A DNA stretch of 55,605 nt from an uncultured Verrucomicrobiales bacterium (lineage in GTDB: Bacteria > Verrucomicrobiota > Verrucomicrobiia > Verrucomicrobiales > DEV007). Below, piece after piece: positions 1-9,260 of the stretch. Position 1 is the stretch's first letter, and each line of letters begins with the position of its first letter. The stretch is taken from the NCBI GenBank assembly GCA_938091905.1, contig CALKOM010000073.1, positions 1-55,605 on the forward strand, in the 5' to 3' direction. A program made the translations under genes and the position numbers. The notes beneath the pieces were generated by a model. It saw only the letters and a program-made list of their open reading frames with translations. It ran no database searches and was not told where the DNA came from.

Positions 1-317
1 CCGAATCCACCCACCGACGCCAATGGCCATAAATCGTCTCCCAATTCCCGAAAATGTCCAAGCAGCGCCAGGAGCATCCCTGCCTCAATCGGAAGAGGAT
101 TGCTCTGAGAACAAGCTCAGGATCCATCGGTGGCCTGCCACCTTTATCGAATTCTGTTAGTTTTCCTCCTTGGGAATCAGATCAATTTTTTTAGGCGTTT
201 GGCTTGAGCCTCCGCCTTGGCGTGTTCGTTGATCTGAGTCATAATATGTATGTTGGTGCCACACACCCTACCATCTATCTTAAAAACAGCAAGGCGAAAC
301 CGTTATCAAACACACCC
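1..317 (-). mobile_element. IS5-family insertion sequence, left end plus 5' part of transposase (frameshifted, runs off window edge)
   Basis: Minus-strand translation of 145->2 gives KGGRPPMDPELVLRAILFRLRQGCSWRCLDIFGNWETIYGHWRRWVDS, the typical N-terminal motif of IS5-family (DUF4096-type) transposases. The ATG at 242 joins this frame only via frameshifts around 160-190. Putative IS end GGGTGTGTTTGATAAC (317->302) begins within CTAG at 317-320. Confidence 0.85.
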
Positions 318-1174
318 TAGCTCATCAAACCCCTCATAGTCCTTATCGTCCTTGAGAAGGTAGTTTGCCAGCGACTCCAACTCAAATTTCAAGGTGGCTA
401 ACTAATCCGAAGTGCTCCTGAAATCGTTCCAGCACATCCCCTTCCATAGCGATACATTGTCAAGACGATGCCCGAAGTAACGAATCTCAGACTTGATCTG
501 AGATTCCTCATTCTCAAAAGACTTCCTCACCGCATCTAGCTCGAAAAATGCGCTTCTATCAGGACACCAATGACCGTATTTGTTTACTTAAAAACAATAG
601 GGCTGCCACTGTTACCAGGGTAGATCTAATTATCCACCTCGACCTTCTTGGCTCCTATGTCGATCACTTTGCCTGGAGTCAGCGTGATCACACCGTCACC
701 ATTGCTGTTGCCCGGAATCATGATCTGCGTGTCCTTGCGTGAGACGGTTTCCGTGCTCTCTGCCAGATTAAGGAAAGCTTGATCCAGACGTGGCTTGTCG
801 AGCTGAATCATGGCGATATCAGCATCGCTCGCAGCAGCGAATTTCGTGCCTTTGAGTTGGAGACCACCGTTGTCCTTGATCGTCTGACAGGTGTGATTGC
901 CAACGACATGCTGATTGGTGATGAAAACCAGTTTTCCCCGGAAATGGGCTACGAATCCCGTTCCCGATCTCTTAACACACTGAATGGTGACCACGGTAGC
1001 CATCAATTCATCCGGCAAGTTGGGACCCACTTTAGGCTTCTCTTTCTTCTCGTCCCCTTCTGCAAACGGATTCTCCACCTGAACATCTTCGGATTCCTGC
1101 CCGGAGAGAGTTGGGACGTTAGGATTCCCTAGCAAAAAGAGCACGATTAGACTGAAAGTTAGGACATCTCTCAC
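318..1174 (-). pseudogene. Secreted trypsin-like serine protease, disrupted
   Basis: ORF 626-1174 has a signal peptide, GTGF, TNQHVV (His) and DIAMI (Asp). It stops at TAG 626-628 just before in-frame IYPGNSGSP (catalytic Ser, 599-625). A TAA at 584-586, a frameshift and another TAG follow, and the reading is cut by the IS end near 318. Confidence 0.85.
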
Positions 1175-1283
1175 GCGCCAACCGTCACATTAAAGCGGTC
1201 CAGGTCACGCCCTCCAATCACCTTTCCCAAGCTTGCATTCAGCCGAATATCCCTCAATATTTGGATTAGTCTTCGCTCAGCCC

Positions 1284-2246
1284 ATGCCTCGTTCTTCCTA
1301 CCTACTATTCGTGCTGTGCGGAGTTCTCCTCTCCTGCGCAGGGATTCCAACTCAGAACGACCGCTATCGTCGTCTTGAGAACTCAAGTCACCAGTCAGCC
1401 CGCTTCGCAAGCCAACAGCAGCGCGCGTATCATGTCGCCTCGACGCCAATCCCAAAGAGCGTCTTTCCAACGAACTTGCCACCCGCACGCGCTGAATCCC
1501 TCATCGTCATCGATGCCAATTCGGGAGAGACCTTGGCGCAGAAGAATGCAGACACACGCCGCGCTGTTGCGAGCACACAGAAGCTGCTGACTGCGCTCGT
1601 GGTCCTCGACCATGGGAACATCAATCGCAGAGTAGTCATCCAGCCCGAAGACACCCGAGTGGAGCCCTCGAAGCTTTACCTGAAAGCAGGTGATGTCTAC
1701 TCACGACGCGAATTGTTGAAAGGCATTCTCATCAAAAGCGCGAACGACGGGGCCATGGCCCTTGCACGCGATGTCGCCGGTAGCGTTCCTGCGTTCGCTC
1801 GGCTCATGAACCAGAAAGCACGTCAGCTGGGCGCGCTTCACTCAAACTTCATCAATCCTCACGGACTCACTAGATCCGGCCAGTATTCAACGGCACGCGA
1901 CATGGCTCGCATTGCCTACGTGGCTTCAAGGAATCCCTTCATTCGCCAGACGGTCGACCAAGAAACCTATACTTTCAATACACCTCGGGGTCCCAAACAC
2001 CTGAAAAACACCAACAAACTTCTCACCCGCATGGGAGCTTGCACCGGGATGAAGACCGGATACACCAGAGCCAGTGGGCGATGCCTCATAACCAGCGCTT
2101 CACTTGGACGGCGGCAGGTCATCTTGGTTCAGTTAGGATCGGAAACGAAGTATATCTTTGATGATGCCGAGCGCCTCATGAATTGGAGCAGCAATCAGCG
2201 GGGCCTTCGTCGCGGCTCGTTCGCCGTTACTCCGCTCACGCATTAG
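1284..2246 (+). CDS. D-alanyl-D-alanine carboxypeptidase (peptidase S11), probable lipoprotein
   Basis: SxxK (STQK), SxN (SAN), NPHGL and KTG motifs. The ATG at 1284 gives a lipoprotein-like signal ending LLSC. Confidence 0.92.
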   Translation: MPRSSYLLFVLCGVLLSCAGIPTQNDRYRRLENSSHQSARFASQQQRAYHVASTPIPKSVFPTNLPPARAESLIVIDANSGETLAQKNADTRRAVASTQKLLTALVVLDHGNINRRVVIQPEDTRVEPSKLYLKAGDVYSRRELLKGILIKSANDGAMALARDVAGSVPAFARLMNQKARQLGALHSNFINPHGLTRSGQYSTARDMARIAYVASRNPFIRQTVDQETYTFNTPRGPKHLKNTNKLLTRMGACTGMKTGYTRASGRCLITSASLGRRQVILVQLGSETKYIFDDAERLMNWSSNQRGLRRGSFAVTPLTH

Positions 2247-2310
2247 TAAAGCGACAAGATTGATAGGATAGATGTTCGCACAATGGCAAACTAATAGGTT
2301 TCCATAGCAA

Positions 2311-2353
2311 CCGAAGCGTGAGCGAGGTAGCACTGGCCTCGCTCACGCTTCGG
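2311..2353. repeat. REP-like perfect palindrome between convergent genes (possible bidirectional terminator)
   Basis: CCGAAGCGTGAGCGAGG (2311-2327), 9-nt loop, CCTCGCTCACGCTTCGG (2337-2353): a perfect 17-bp stem. Confidence 0.85.
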
Positions 2354-2398
2354 ATTACTATTATTCATCATTCCAACGTAGACGCTTTAATAGGCTAC

Positions 2399-3301
2399 CT
2401 AGATCTGGTCGAGACAGTCACCTACACGCTGAGGTAGATTGAGCCGCTCCAATTCTAGGAATAGCGCAGAATGATCGAGATCTCCACCATCGTGTTCTTG
2501 CAAGCTCGCAAACAAATCTTTGATCTGGTCTAGAATCGGCAACGAAACCCCTTCCTCAGTAGCCACTTCTTCAGCCGCGATCAGATCCTTTACCTGATAG
2601 CGCGTGATGCCACCGGGACGCCAATCCCGCGCCACCATTCGCTGTCCGTGCTCTCGCAAGATACGTGAATCCGCGAACCCTCCCCGAAGCGCTTCGAGCA
2701 TTGCTTCTGGAATAGCCCCACCTGCTTGCGCCAACAGCAGCGCCTCGGCGACCGCACCGATTGTTGTCGCTACGATCACTTGATTACACAGCTTCGTCAG
2801 TTGCCCACTCCCGTGCGGCCCCACATGAGTCACTTTTCCCAGCGGGTCAAAAACGGGGCGACAGCGATCGACCACAGTCCCATCACCGCCACACATGATG
2901 GCGAGGGTTCCCTGCTCCGCCCCACTCGTTCCTCCAGAAACCGGCGCATCGAGATAGTCTACTCCCATTTCCTTAAGACGCTTCGCATGATCGCGGGCCA
3001 AGCCGGGCCGGATAGAACTCATGTCAATGAGCACAGATCCCGGCACCAATCCAGCACGAGCGCCAGATTCAAAGATCACTTCTTCCACCACCGGACCATC
3101 TGATAACATCGCCACTAAAACATCAGCAGCACCCATAGCTTCACTCGTTTCACTCGCCACCGTGGCACCCTCGTTCGCCAATACGACAGCCTTCTCCCGA
3201 TCCCGATTCCACACGGTCACGTGAAACCCAGCTTGCAGCCACCGCCGAGCCATACGAGAACCCATTCGACCACAACCTAATAGAGACACACGCGGCTTCA
3301 T
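2399..3301 (-). CDS. NAD(P)-dependent beta-hydroxyacid dehydrogenase (3-hydroxyisobutyrate DH / tartronate semialdehyde reductase family)
   Basis: GCGRMG Rossmann motif, VWNR, DAPVSGG and KLCNQ catalytic-Lys motif. Confidence 0.92.
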   Translation of the reverse strand: MKPRVSLLGCGRMGSRMARRWLQAGFHVTVWNRDREKAVVLANEGATVASETSEAMGAADVLVAMLSDGPVVEEVIFESGARAGLVPGSVLIDMSSIRPGLARDHAKRLKEMGVDYLDAPVSGGTSGAEQGTLAIMCGGDGTVVDRCRPVFDPLGKVTHVGPHGSGQLTKLCNQVIVATTIGAVAEALLLAQAGGAIPEAMLEALRGGFADSRILREHGQRMVARDWRPGGITRYQVKDLIAAEEVATEEGVSLPILDQIKDLFASLQEHDGGDLDHSALFLELERLNLPQRVGDCLDQI

Positions 3302-3834
3302 GCGGTCTTTTCCACCGATTTCACCAACGCCTTGTAGAACAGCGCTAGTGAATGTTCTTTGCTATTCTTGAAACGCTTCGAGACTTTCTCAAACGGATAC
3401 ACTGTCGCTATGCCCCCCACATCGTGAAGGCAGTAGCCGCGCTCCAAATCGAAGTCCCAATACCCACCACGAAGGCGCCGAAGAGACTCGCCAAAGTAAG
3501 CTCCGAAGGTCAGAACCAAGCTATCTACGTTCTTGGGAAGCTCCTCTCCCCACGCCTTATCGATTACGCTATCGAGGCGAGCAAGATCTGATTTCTGATA
3601 GGACAGACTCTCACCAAAGCTCGCCTTCATTTGCACCCGGTGGCGTTCCGCGATTCCAGGAATCCGTTCGATAAAATTCTCCTTATTCTCACCGGAGCGC
3701 ATGAGCGACAGCGTCTCTAGATCCACCTTGTTCGCACGTCGCCACCCTTTTACGCCGACCAAACAACGCCTTCCCAAGAGCATGCTGACCAAGAGGCCAA
3801 AGAAAATAAGCAGAATCGTAAACTTCAGGATCAT
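3298..3834 (-). CDS. Membrane-anchored hypothetical protein, DUF3806-like C-terminus
   Basis: N-terminal TM helix and FGAYFGE...W...YPFEKVSKRF pattern. Overlaps the next gene by 4 bp (ATGA). Confidence 0.6.
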   Translation of the reverse strand: MILKFTILLIFFGLLVSMLLGRRCLVGVKGWRRANKVDLETLSLMRSGENKENFIERIPGIAERHRVQMKASFGESLSYQKSDLARLDSVIDKAWGEELPKNVDSLVLTFGAYFGESLRRLRGGYWDFDLERGYCLHDVGGIATVYPFEKVSKRFKNSKEHSLALFYKALVKSVEKTA

Positions 3835-3877
3835 AAGGACTTGGCGAACAATTCACACAATTTAATTTAGTTTCACT

Positions 3878-4450
3878 ATGAAAGATCTACGTCGCCCTGC
3901 AATCCTCTTCCTTCTCCCCATGACCCTTCTCGCAAATTGCGCTCACCTTGTCCAGAAGCGGGAAGACTACAAAGTTTCCTCTCGAGAGCCAATCGTGAAC
4001 GGTGCCAGGCTCACTGCAGAAATGATCACGACTGAAGGCAGAGCAAATTACTCCATGTCTGCCATGGTCTACTTTGTCGCCGGGGAGACGGAGACCGGCC
4101 CCTACAAGTGCCTCTTAACCGCCTGGGGCGACCGAAGCTCTCACAAGTCGATGACCGTGGAGAAGTTGGACTTCCGCACGGCTAGTGGACAAACCGCATC
4201 AGCCTCTAGGAGTAAAGAAATACGCTTTGCTGCCGGGAGCGGTGGCAAGGGATGGCAAGCCACGTATCCAGTGCCCGGCCTCCTCACCCTAGACTTTGCC
4301 AAGGACGGCGAAGTCGCCATCGATGCACGAGTCGCTGTTCGCACCAAACGCCGAACAATTCGCCGCGATATCAGACTCACACTCTCCTCAACAAGATTCC
4401 AGGAGGTGAAGTTCGCCACCGTCTTTGATGGTTTTCGCAAGAAACAGTGA
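3878..4450 (+). CDS. Hypothetical lipoprotein
   Basis: 190-aa ORF with basic N-terminus, hydrophobic stretch and lipobox-like LANC. Confidence 0.7.
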   Translation: MKDLRRPAILFLLPMTLLANCAHLVQKREDYKVSSREPIVNGARLTAEMITTEGRANYSMSAMVYFVAGETETGPYKCLLTAWGDRSSHKSMTVEKLDFRTASGQTASASRSKEIRFAAGSGGKGWQATYPVPGLLTLDFAKDGEVAIDARVAVRTKRRTIRRDIRLTLSSTRFQEVKFATVFDGFRKKQ

Positions 4451-4550
4451 AGTTCATACAAGCTTCGCAGTATTGAAAGGCTCCTTCGACAATTTCCGGA
4501 CGCCCTCTTGCGCCTGACTCGATAGGTGGCACACTGCCATCCACTACTCT

Positions 4551-6074
4551 ATGGCCGCCATTGACTGGAAAAAGAGTTACCTGGCTAACACAGCCAGTAG
4601 TTACGCAAATTTCGCGACGAAGATGCTTACCGGCCTGCTCGTTTATGCAGCCGTCTTCAAAGGGTTCAGCGACGGCGCGTTTGACTTATGGGTACTTCTT
4701 TGGTCCTTCATCAGCTACTCCATCGTGCTCGACTTTGGAATGGGATTCACCATTCAAAGACTGGTTGCGACCAAAGCATCCGAGGGAAAGATGGAAGAAG
4801 TCGACGGACTCTTCACAACGGCATTCTGGACTTTTATCGGAATGGGGATCCTAAGCTTCGCACTCGCCGTTCTAGGAACAGATCTTTTCCTAAACCTCTT
4901 CATTGACGATATTTCCGAAGGAGAGCGAGTCGATTTCAAACTAGCATACACTTACTTCTTCGCAGGTGTGGCGACCCTACTACCGATCGGCCTCTTTCCC
5001 GCGGCGCTCACCGGTATTCAACGGCAATATTGGTTCAATTGGTTCAGCGTTGGTTGCGCGATCGCCTACTGGCTCGTCGTCACTCGGGCGATTGAAGTAG
5101 GAGCACCACTCAGTCAGATCGTGCTCATCTCCATCCTTTTCACGGTCATTCCATACGTCTTGTGCGCGATAATAGCGATCCCGATGTTCAAGGTGATCAC
5201 CTTGAATCCAATGAAATACGACCTTTCGGCGGTGCGTGAGCAGCTACGTTTCTCCCTCATGGCCTACTTCACAACTTGCAACAACATGCTCTTGAACCAG
5301 TCTGACAAAGTCGTTGTCGGCGGGATGTTGCCGGACGGCGCCATGAAGACGTATAGTCCCGGTGCCAAGGTCGCAGAGATTCTCAACGGCGTAGCCATGC
5401 AAATCATGAACGTGGTCCCGACAGCCGCAGCCCACTTACATGCATCCGGCGGCAAAGAGCCCCTTCGCGAACTATACTTCAATACGAATCGCCTTCTCCT
5501 CATGGTGACGACTCCATGCTATCTGCTCGCCATGATCTTTATGGATGAGCTGCTGGCATTCATAACAAACACCCCTGATCTTGGACAAACGGTGAGCCTC
5601 ATGGGCTATATTATCCTGACGATGACGTATTTCAGCCATCTCACCAGCTCAGCTGCAGACCGGGTCCTCATGATGTGTGGTCACGAGAAAGTGATCCTTC
5701 GTTTTTCCGTCTGCCGTTTCCTCTCGAATGTCGTTCTCAGCGTTTTACTAGCAATACCATACGGCATTATAGGTGTAGCTTTAGGCGGACTAATCTCTGT
5801 TTGCATTGTGAATGTGGGTCTCCTGCTGCCTCCTGTACTGCGATTCCTTGAAGTCGGATTCGTTGATTATCTCACTCGCCATGTGCGTCGGTTAGCCATA
5901 CCGCTCTGCGTCTTCTTGGTCCTACTCGTCACCGTGAAACTCAGCTGGCCCTTCCCCGACGAAACTCCCTCCCAGTGGATGATGTGCCTTCACCTCGCCA
6001 TCCGATCAGCAATCATCATGATCCCTACACTGATTCTCTTGCGGAAAGAGATCACCAGCACCTGGAAGTCCTGA
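4551..6074 (+). CDS. Polysaccharide/oligosaccharide flippase (Wzx/MOP superfamily)
   Basis: About 12-14 TM segments. LDFGMG motif after TM2 and DKVVVG motif typical of Wzx-like flippases. Confidence 0.85.
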   Translation: MAAIDWKKSYLANTASSYANFATKMLTGLLVYAAVFKGFSDGAFDLWVLLWSFISYSIVLDFGMGFTIQRLVATKASEGKMEEVDGLFTTAFWTFIGMGILSFALAVLGTDLFLNLFIDDISEGERVDFKLAYTYFFAGVATLLPIGLFPAALTGIQRQYWFNWFSVGCAIAYWLVVTRAIEVGAPLSQIVLISILFTVIPYVLCAIIAIPMFKVITLNPMKYDLSAVREQLRFSLMAYFTTCNNMLLNQSDKVVVGGMLPDGAMKTYSPGAKVAEILNGVAMQIMNVVPTAAAHLHASGGKEPLRELYFNTNRLLLMVTTPCYLLAMIFMDELLAFITNTPDLGQTVSLMGYIILTMTYFSHLTSSAADRVLMMCGHEKVILRFSVCRFLSNVVLSVLLAIPYGIIGVALGGLISVCIVNVGLLLPPVLRFLEVGFVDYLTRHVRRLAIPLCVFLVLLVTVKLSWPFPDETPSQWMMCLHLAIRSAIIMIPTLILLRKEITSTWKS

Positions 6075-6077
6075 CGA

Positions 6078-6758
6078 TCAGTGTCTGGAGCCAAAGATCG
6101 CCGATCCCACCCGGACAATGGTTGATCCCTCCTCGATGGCGACCTCAAAGTCACTCGTCATCCCCATAGAGAGTTCAGGAAGGGCACATCCATGTTCTGA
6201 CTCCAATCGATCCCTCAGCAGTCGAAGATTCCTGAAGTAGGGGCGCGCCTGCTCAGCGGTCTCCACCTGCGGAGGAATCGCCATCAAACCGACCACGTTT
6301 AGCCTCTCTAGGGCTAAAATAGTTGGAATCTGTGAAGAAACCTCAGAGACAGAGAAACCATTTTTCTGTGGTTCATTCCCAATATTCACCTGAAGCAAAA
6401 CGCGGGACTTCAGGCCCAGATCCAGAGCAATCTGGTCGATCCGCCGTGCTAATTCCAAGGAATCCACGCTGTGAATCGTGTGAAAAGCGGGCAGCGCCTT
6501 TCGCACTTTGTTCTTTTGCAAATGACCAATGAGATGCCATTCCAATTGGGATGGAAGCAAAGAAATCTTCTCGATTGCCTCTAGAACGCGATTCTCTCCG
6601 TATACCAGGTGTCCAGCGTCAGCGATGGGCTCTATGTCGTCTGCTTTCCATGCCTTTGAAACCACCATCAACCTTACACTGGCGCGGTCTCTGTCCACGC
6701 GGTCGGTTGCTCTGACCACCTGTTCCTGGATCTTTTGATATCTCTCGACGGCTTTCAT
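6078..6758 (-). CDS. yggS: PLP homeostasis protein (YggS/PLPBP family)
   Basis: VVSK (PLP Lys), [24 protein letters not shown] and [12 protein letters not shown] at 6758 preferred over the TTG at 6782. Confidence 0.95.
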   Translation of the reverse strand: MKAVERYQKIQEQVVRATDRVDRDRASVRLMVVSKAWKADDIEPIADAGHLVYGENRVLEAIEKISLLPSQLEWHLIGHLQKNKVRKALPAFHTIHSVDSLELARRIDQIALDLGLKSRVLLQVNIGNEPQKNGFSVSEVSSQIPTILALERLNVVGLMAIPPQVETAEQARPYFRNLRLLRDRLESEHGCALPELSMGMTSDFEVAIEEGSTIVRVGSAIFGSRH

Positions 6759-6787
6759 GATTTTCGTTCCCCCGCACTCCAATCCCC

Positions 6788-7720
6788 ATGCACATTGACG
6801 TTTGCAAGCTCTTCTCGGATCTGATTGACACCCAGAGCTTCTCAGCTACCGCCGAGATGCACGGAGTCACCCAAAGTGCCGTCAGTCAAAAAATCCGCAC
6901 CCTGGAGGGACACTTTAGTGTGCCGCTTCTGGAGAGAGGCCGTCACTGCGTCAGGCTGACGCCGGAAGGCAAACTTTTTTTAGAAGCCAGCCAAAAAATG
7001 CTGTCAACCTATGAGCGGCTCCACGAAGGCATTCATGCCCTCCAAAGTAGGGTCGAAGGCCTTTTGAAAATCGCGACTGTGCTCTCTGTTGGCGTGCATG
7101 AGTTGCCACTTTATGTGAATCGCTTTCGGGAAAAGTTTCCGAACGCGGAACTACGGATCGAATACCGAAAAGCGAGCCAGGTCTACTCTGAGGTCATTGA
7201 TGGTCGCATTGATCTTGGATTGGTTGCCTATCCGAGCAGGCGGAAGGGAATTATCGTTCATTCTTTTTGGAAGGACCGCCTCGTCGTGATCTGTTCAAAC
7301 ACTCATCCTTTGGCTAAAAAGTTGACCGTGACCCTGCAGGAACTTGCCGACTACGAAATCGTCGGATTCGAACCTGATTTGCCTTCTCAAAAAGCGATCG
7401 AGGCCATGTTTAAAAAGGCTGATGTCGATGTGCAGCAGTCACTGTGTTTCGACAATGTCGATACAGTTAAAAAGGCTGTCGAAATGGGCCAGGGTGTCGC
7501 CATTGTTCCAATGCGTGCGGCTAATGCGGAAGTCACAAACGGCCGACTGACGGCACTAATGCTGAATGATCCAGGTTGCTGGAGGCCTCTAGGCATTCTC
7601 GGAAAGCGAAACCGTGCTGTCACTCCAGTCATGCGGGAGTTCATCAGTGTTCTGACCCATGGAAGACAGGTAAGCGGAGCTTTCCCACAACCGCTAAAAC
7701 CTCTCAAAGGCCCAGCATAG
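6788..7720 (+). CDS. LysR-family transcriptional regulator
   Basis: N-terminal HTH SFSATAEMHGVTQSAVSQKIRTLE...LTPEG, followed by a LysR substrate-binding domain. Confidence 0.93.
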   Translation: MHIDVCKLFSDLIDTQSFSATAEMHGVTQSAVSQKIRTLEGHFSVPLLERGRHCVRLTPEGKLFLEASQKMLSTYERLHEGIHALQSRVEGLLKIATVLSVGVHELPLYVNRFREKFPNAELRIEYRKASQVYSEVIDGRIDLGLVAYPSRRKGIIVHSFWKDRLVVICSNTHPLAKKLTVTLQELADYEIVGFEPDLPSQKAIEAMFKKADVDVQQSLCFDNVDTVKKAVEMGQGVAIVPMRAANAEVTNGRLTALMLNDPGCWRPLGILGKRNRAVTPVMREFISVLTHGRQVSGAFPQPLKPLKGPA

Positions 7721-7794
7721 CCTCGTAAAGCCAAGTTTCTTACTTCTCGTCGACAACGGCGATCTGGGGGGCTATCCGTGTTGCAGAGGCTCTG

Positions 7795-9222
7795 ATGACC
7801 CCACCGTCAAAACAAACTATTCTTATTGTCGACCCCGAACGCGATTTCGTTACTTGGGCGAGCAAGCACTTGGCAGCACCTTCTGTCAAAGTCATCGGGG
7901 TGACGAATGGCGAAGATGCCTTGAAACTGGTCGAGCCGGAGTCTGTTGATGTGGTCGTGGTTGAACTGCGAATGGGTCCCATGAATGGGATGCAGCTATT
8001 GCAACGTCTGCGAGGAAAGGACCCAAATGCCATGGTCATTCTCACGACCGGCTTCCCAATGACGAGCGCTATTATCGAGGCGATGAAGTATGGTGCTTAC
8101 GAGTTTCTGCGAAAGGAGACGATCACGTTCGAAATTCGTGCGGTCATCGAAAGCGCCCTCAAGGCAAAGGAGGCGCTTAATGCTAGTGACTCGACGCAAA
8201 CGCCTGCCAATCCAGAAGAGGCGGCTCAAGAACACTTCATTGGGAATGCGCCGGCCATGCAGGAAGTCTTCAAGATGATCGGTCGCGTTTCACGAGCGGA
8301 TGCTCCGGTCATGATCACCGGCGAAAGCGGCGTCGGCAAAGAAGTCGTCGCAAAAGCCATTCACCGGTTCTCGCTCCGGACGAAGAATGAATTCGTTGCT
8401 ATTAACTGCGCGGCCATTCCTCAGAATCTGTTAGAGAGCGAACTCTTTGGTCACGAGAAAGGTGCCTTTACCGGAGCTTTCAACCGGAGAGAAGGAAGAT
8501 TTGAGCAGTGCTCCAAGGGCACACTATTCTTGGATGAAATCGGTGAAATGCCTCTAGAAGTTCAAAGCAAACTTCTTCGCGTGCTCCAAGAAGGCCAGTA
8601 CTCCAGAGTGGGAGGCAACGACACACTCACCACTGGAGCTCGCATCCTCGCGGCGACGAACAAGGATCTAGAAGCCGAAGTTGCTGCAGGCAGATTCCGA
8701 GAAGACCTTTTTTACCGACTCAACGTAGTTCGCATCCACATCCCGCCACTACGCCAGCGGCAAGAGGACGTGCCTCTACTAGCAAGATTCTTTCTCCAGC
8801 GTCTATCCTCAGCGACGGCGGGCATTCCATTCCGTTTTTCCCAAGAGGCACTCGACAGCTTGACTGACTACCACTGGCCCGGCAACGTCCGTGAACTGGA
8901 GAACACGATTCAACGAGCAGTCGTCTTAGCCAACACCAGTGTTCTCTTGCCATCAAACCTACCCCTAGGCCAGATGTCACCAGCAACACCGGTCAGTCAG
9001 AGCAGAGGAAACTCGGCGAGCGATGCCATCGATCTCCTATTCGAGTCCGCGAGCGAACAAGGTGAGGAGTTGCTTCCATGGTTAGAGCGCGAATTCACTC
9101 AACGCGCGATGGAACGGACGAATAACAATCAAGTCCAAGCCGCTAAGTTGCTCGGAATCACGCGGGCAACGCTACGCAAGCGTGTTGAGCGCTTCAATCT
9201 CGGAGAAAAAGAGGCCGGCTAA
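7795..9222 (+). CDS. Sigma-54-dependent NtrC-family activator with atypical receiver domain
   Basis: REC + AAA+ (GESGVGKE, ESELFGHEKGAFTGA, FLDEIGE, WPGNVREL) + Fis-type HTH (NQVQAAKLLGITRATLRKR). Confidence 0.95.
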   Translation: MTPPSKQTILIVDPERDFVTWASKHLAAPSVKVIGVTNGEDALKLVEPESVDVVVVELRMGPMNGMQLLQRLRGKDPNAMVILTTGFPMTSAIIEAMKYGAYEFLRKETITFEIRAVIESALKAKEALNASDSTQTPANPEEAAQEHFIGNAPAMQEVFKMIGRVSRADAPVMITGESGVGKEVVAKAIHRFSLRTKNEFVAINCAAIPQNLLESELFGHEKGAFTGAFNRREGRFEQCSKGTLFLDEIGEMPLEVQSKLLRVLQEGQYSRVGGNDTLTTGARILAATNKDLEAEVAAGRFREDLFYRLNVVRIHIPPLRQRQEDVPLLARFFLQRLSSATAGIPFRFSQEALDSLTDYHWPGNVRELENTIQRAVVLANTSVLLPSNLPLGQMSPATPVSQSRGNSASDAIDLLFESASEQGEELLPWLEREFTQRAMERTNNNQVQAAKLLGITRATLRKRVERFNLGEKEAG

Positions 9223-9260
9223 GCGATCTCTCGGTCCTCCTCTCCAAGAGGGGTGCTCTT

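Noticed and set aside
4480..4550. TGGCAC upstream of the flippase (also near 29745) as a sigma-54 promoter
   Set aside because: No TTGC -12 element at the required spacing.
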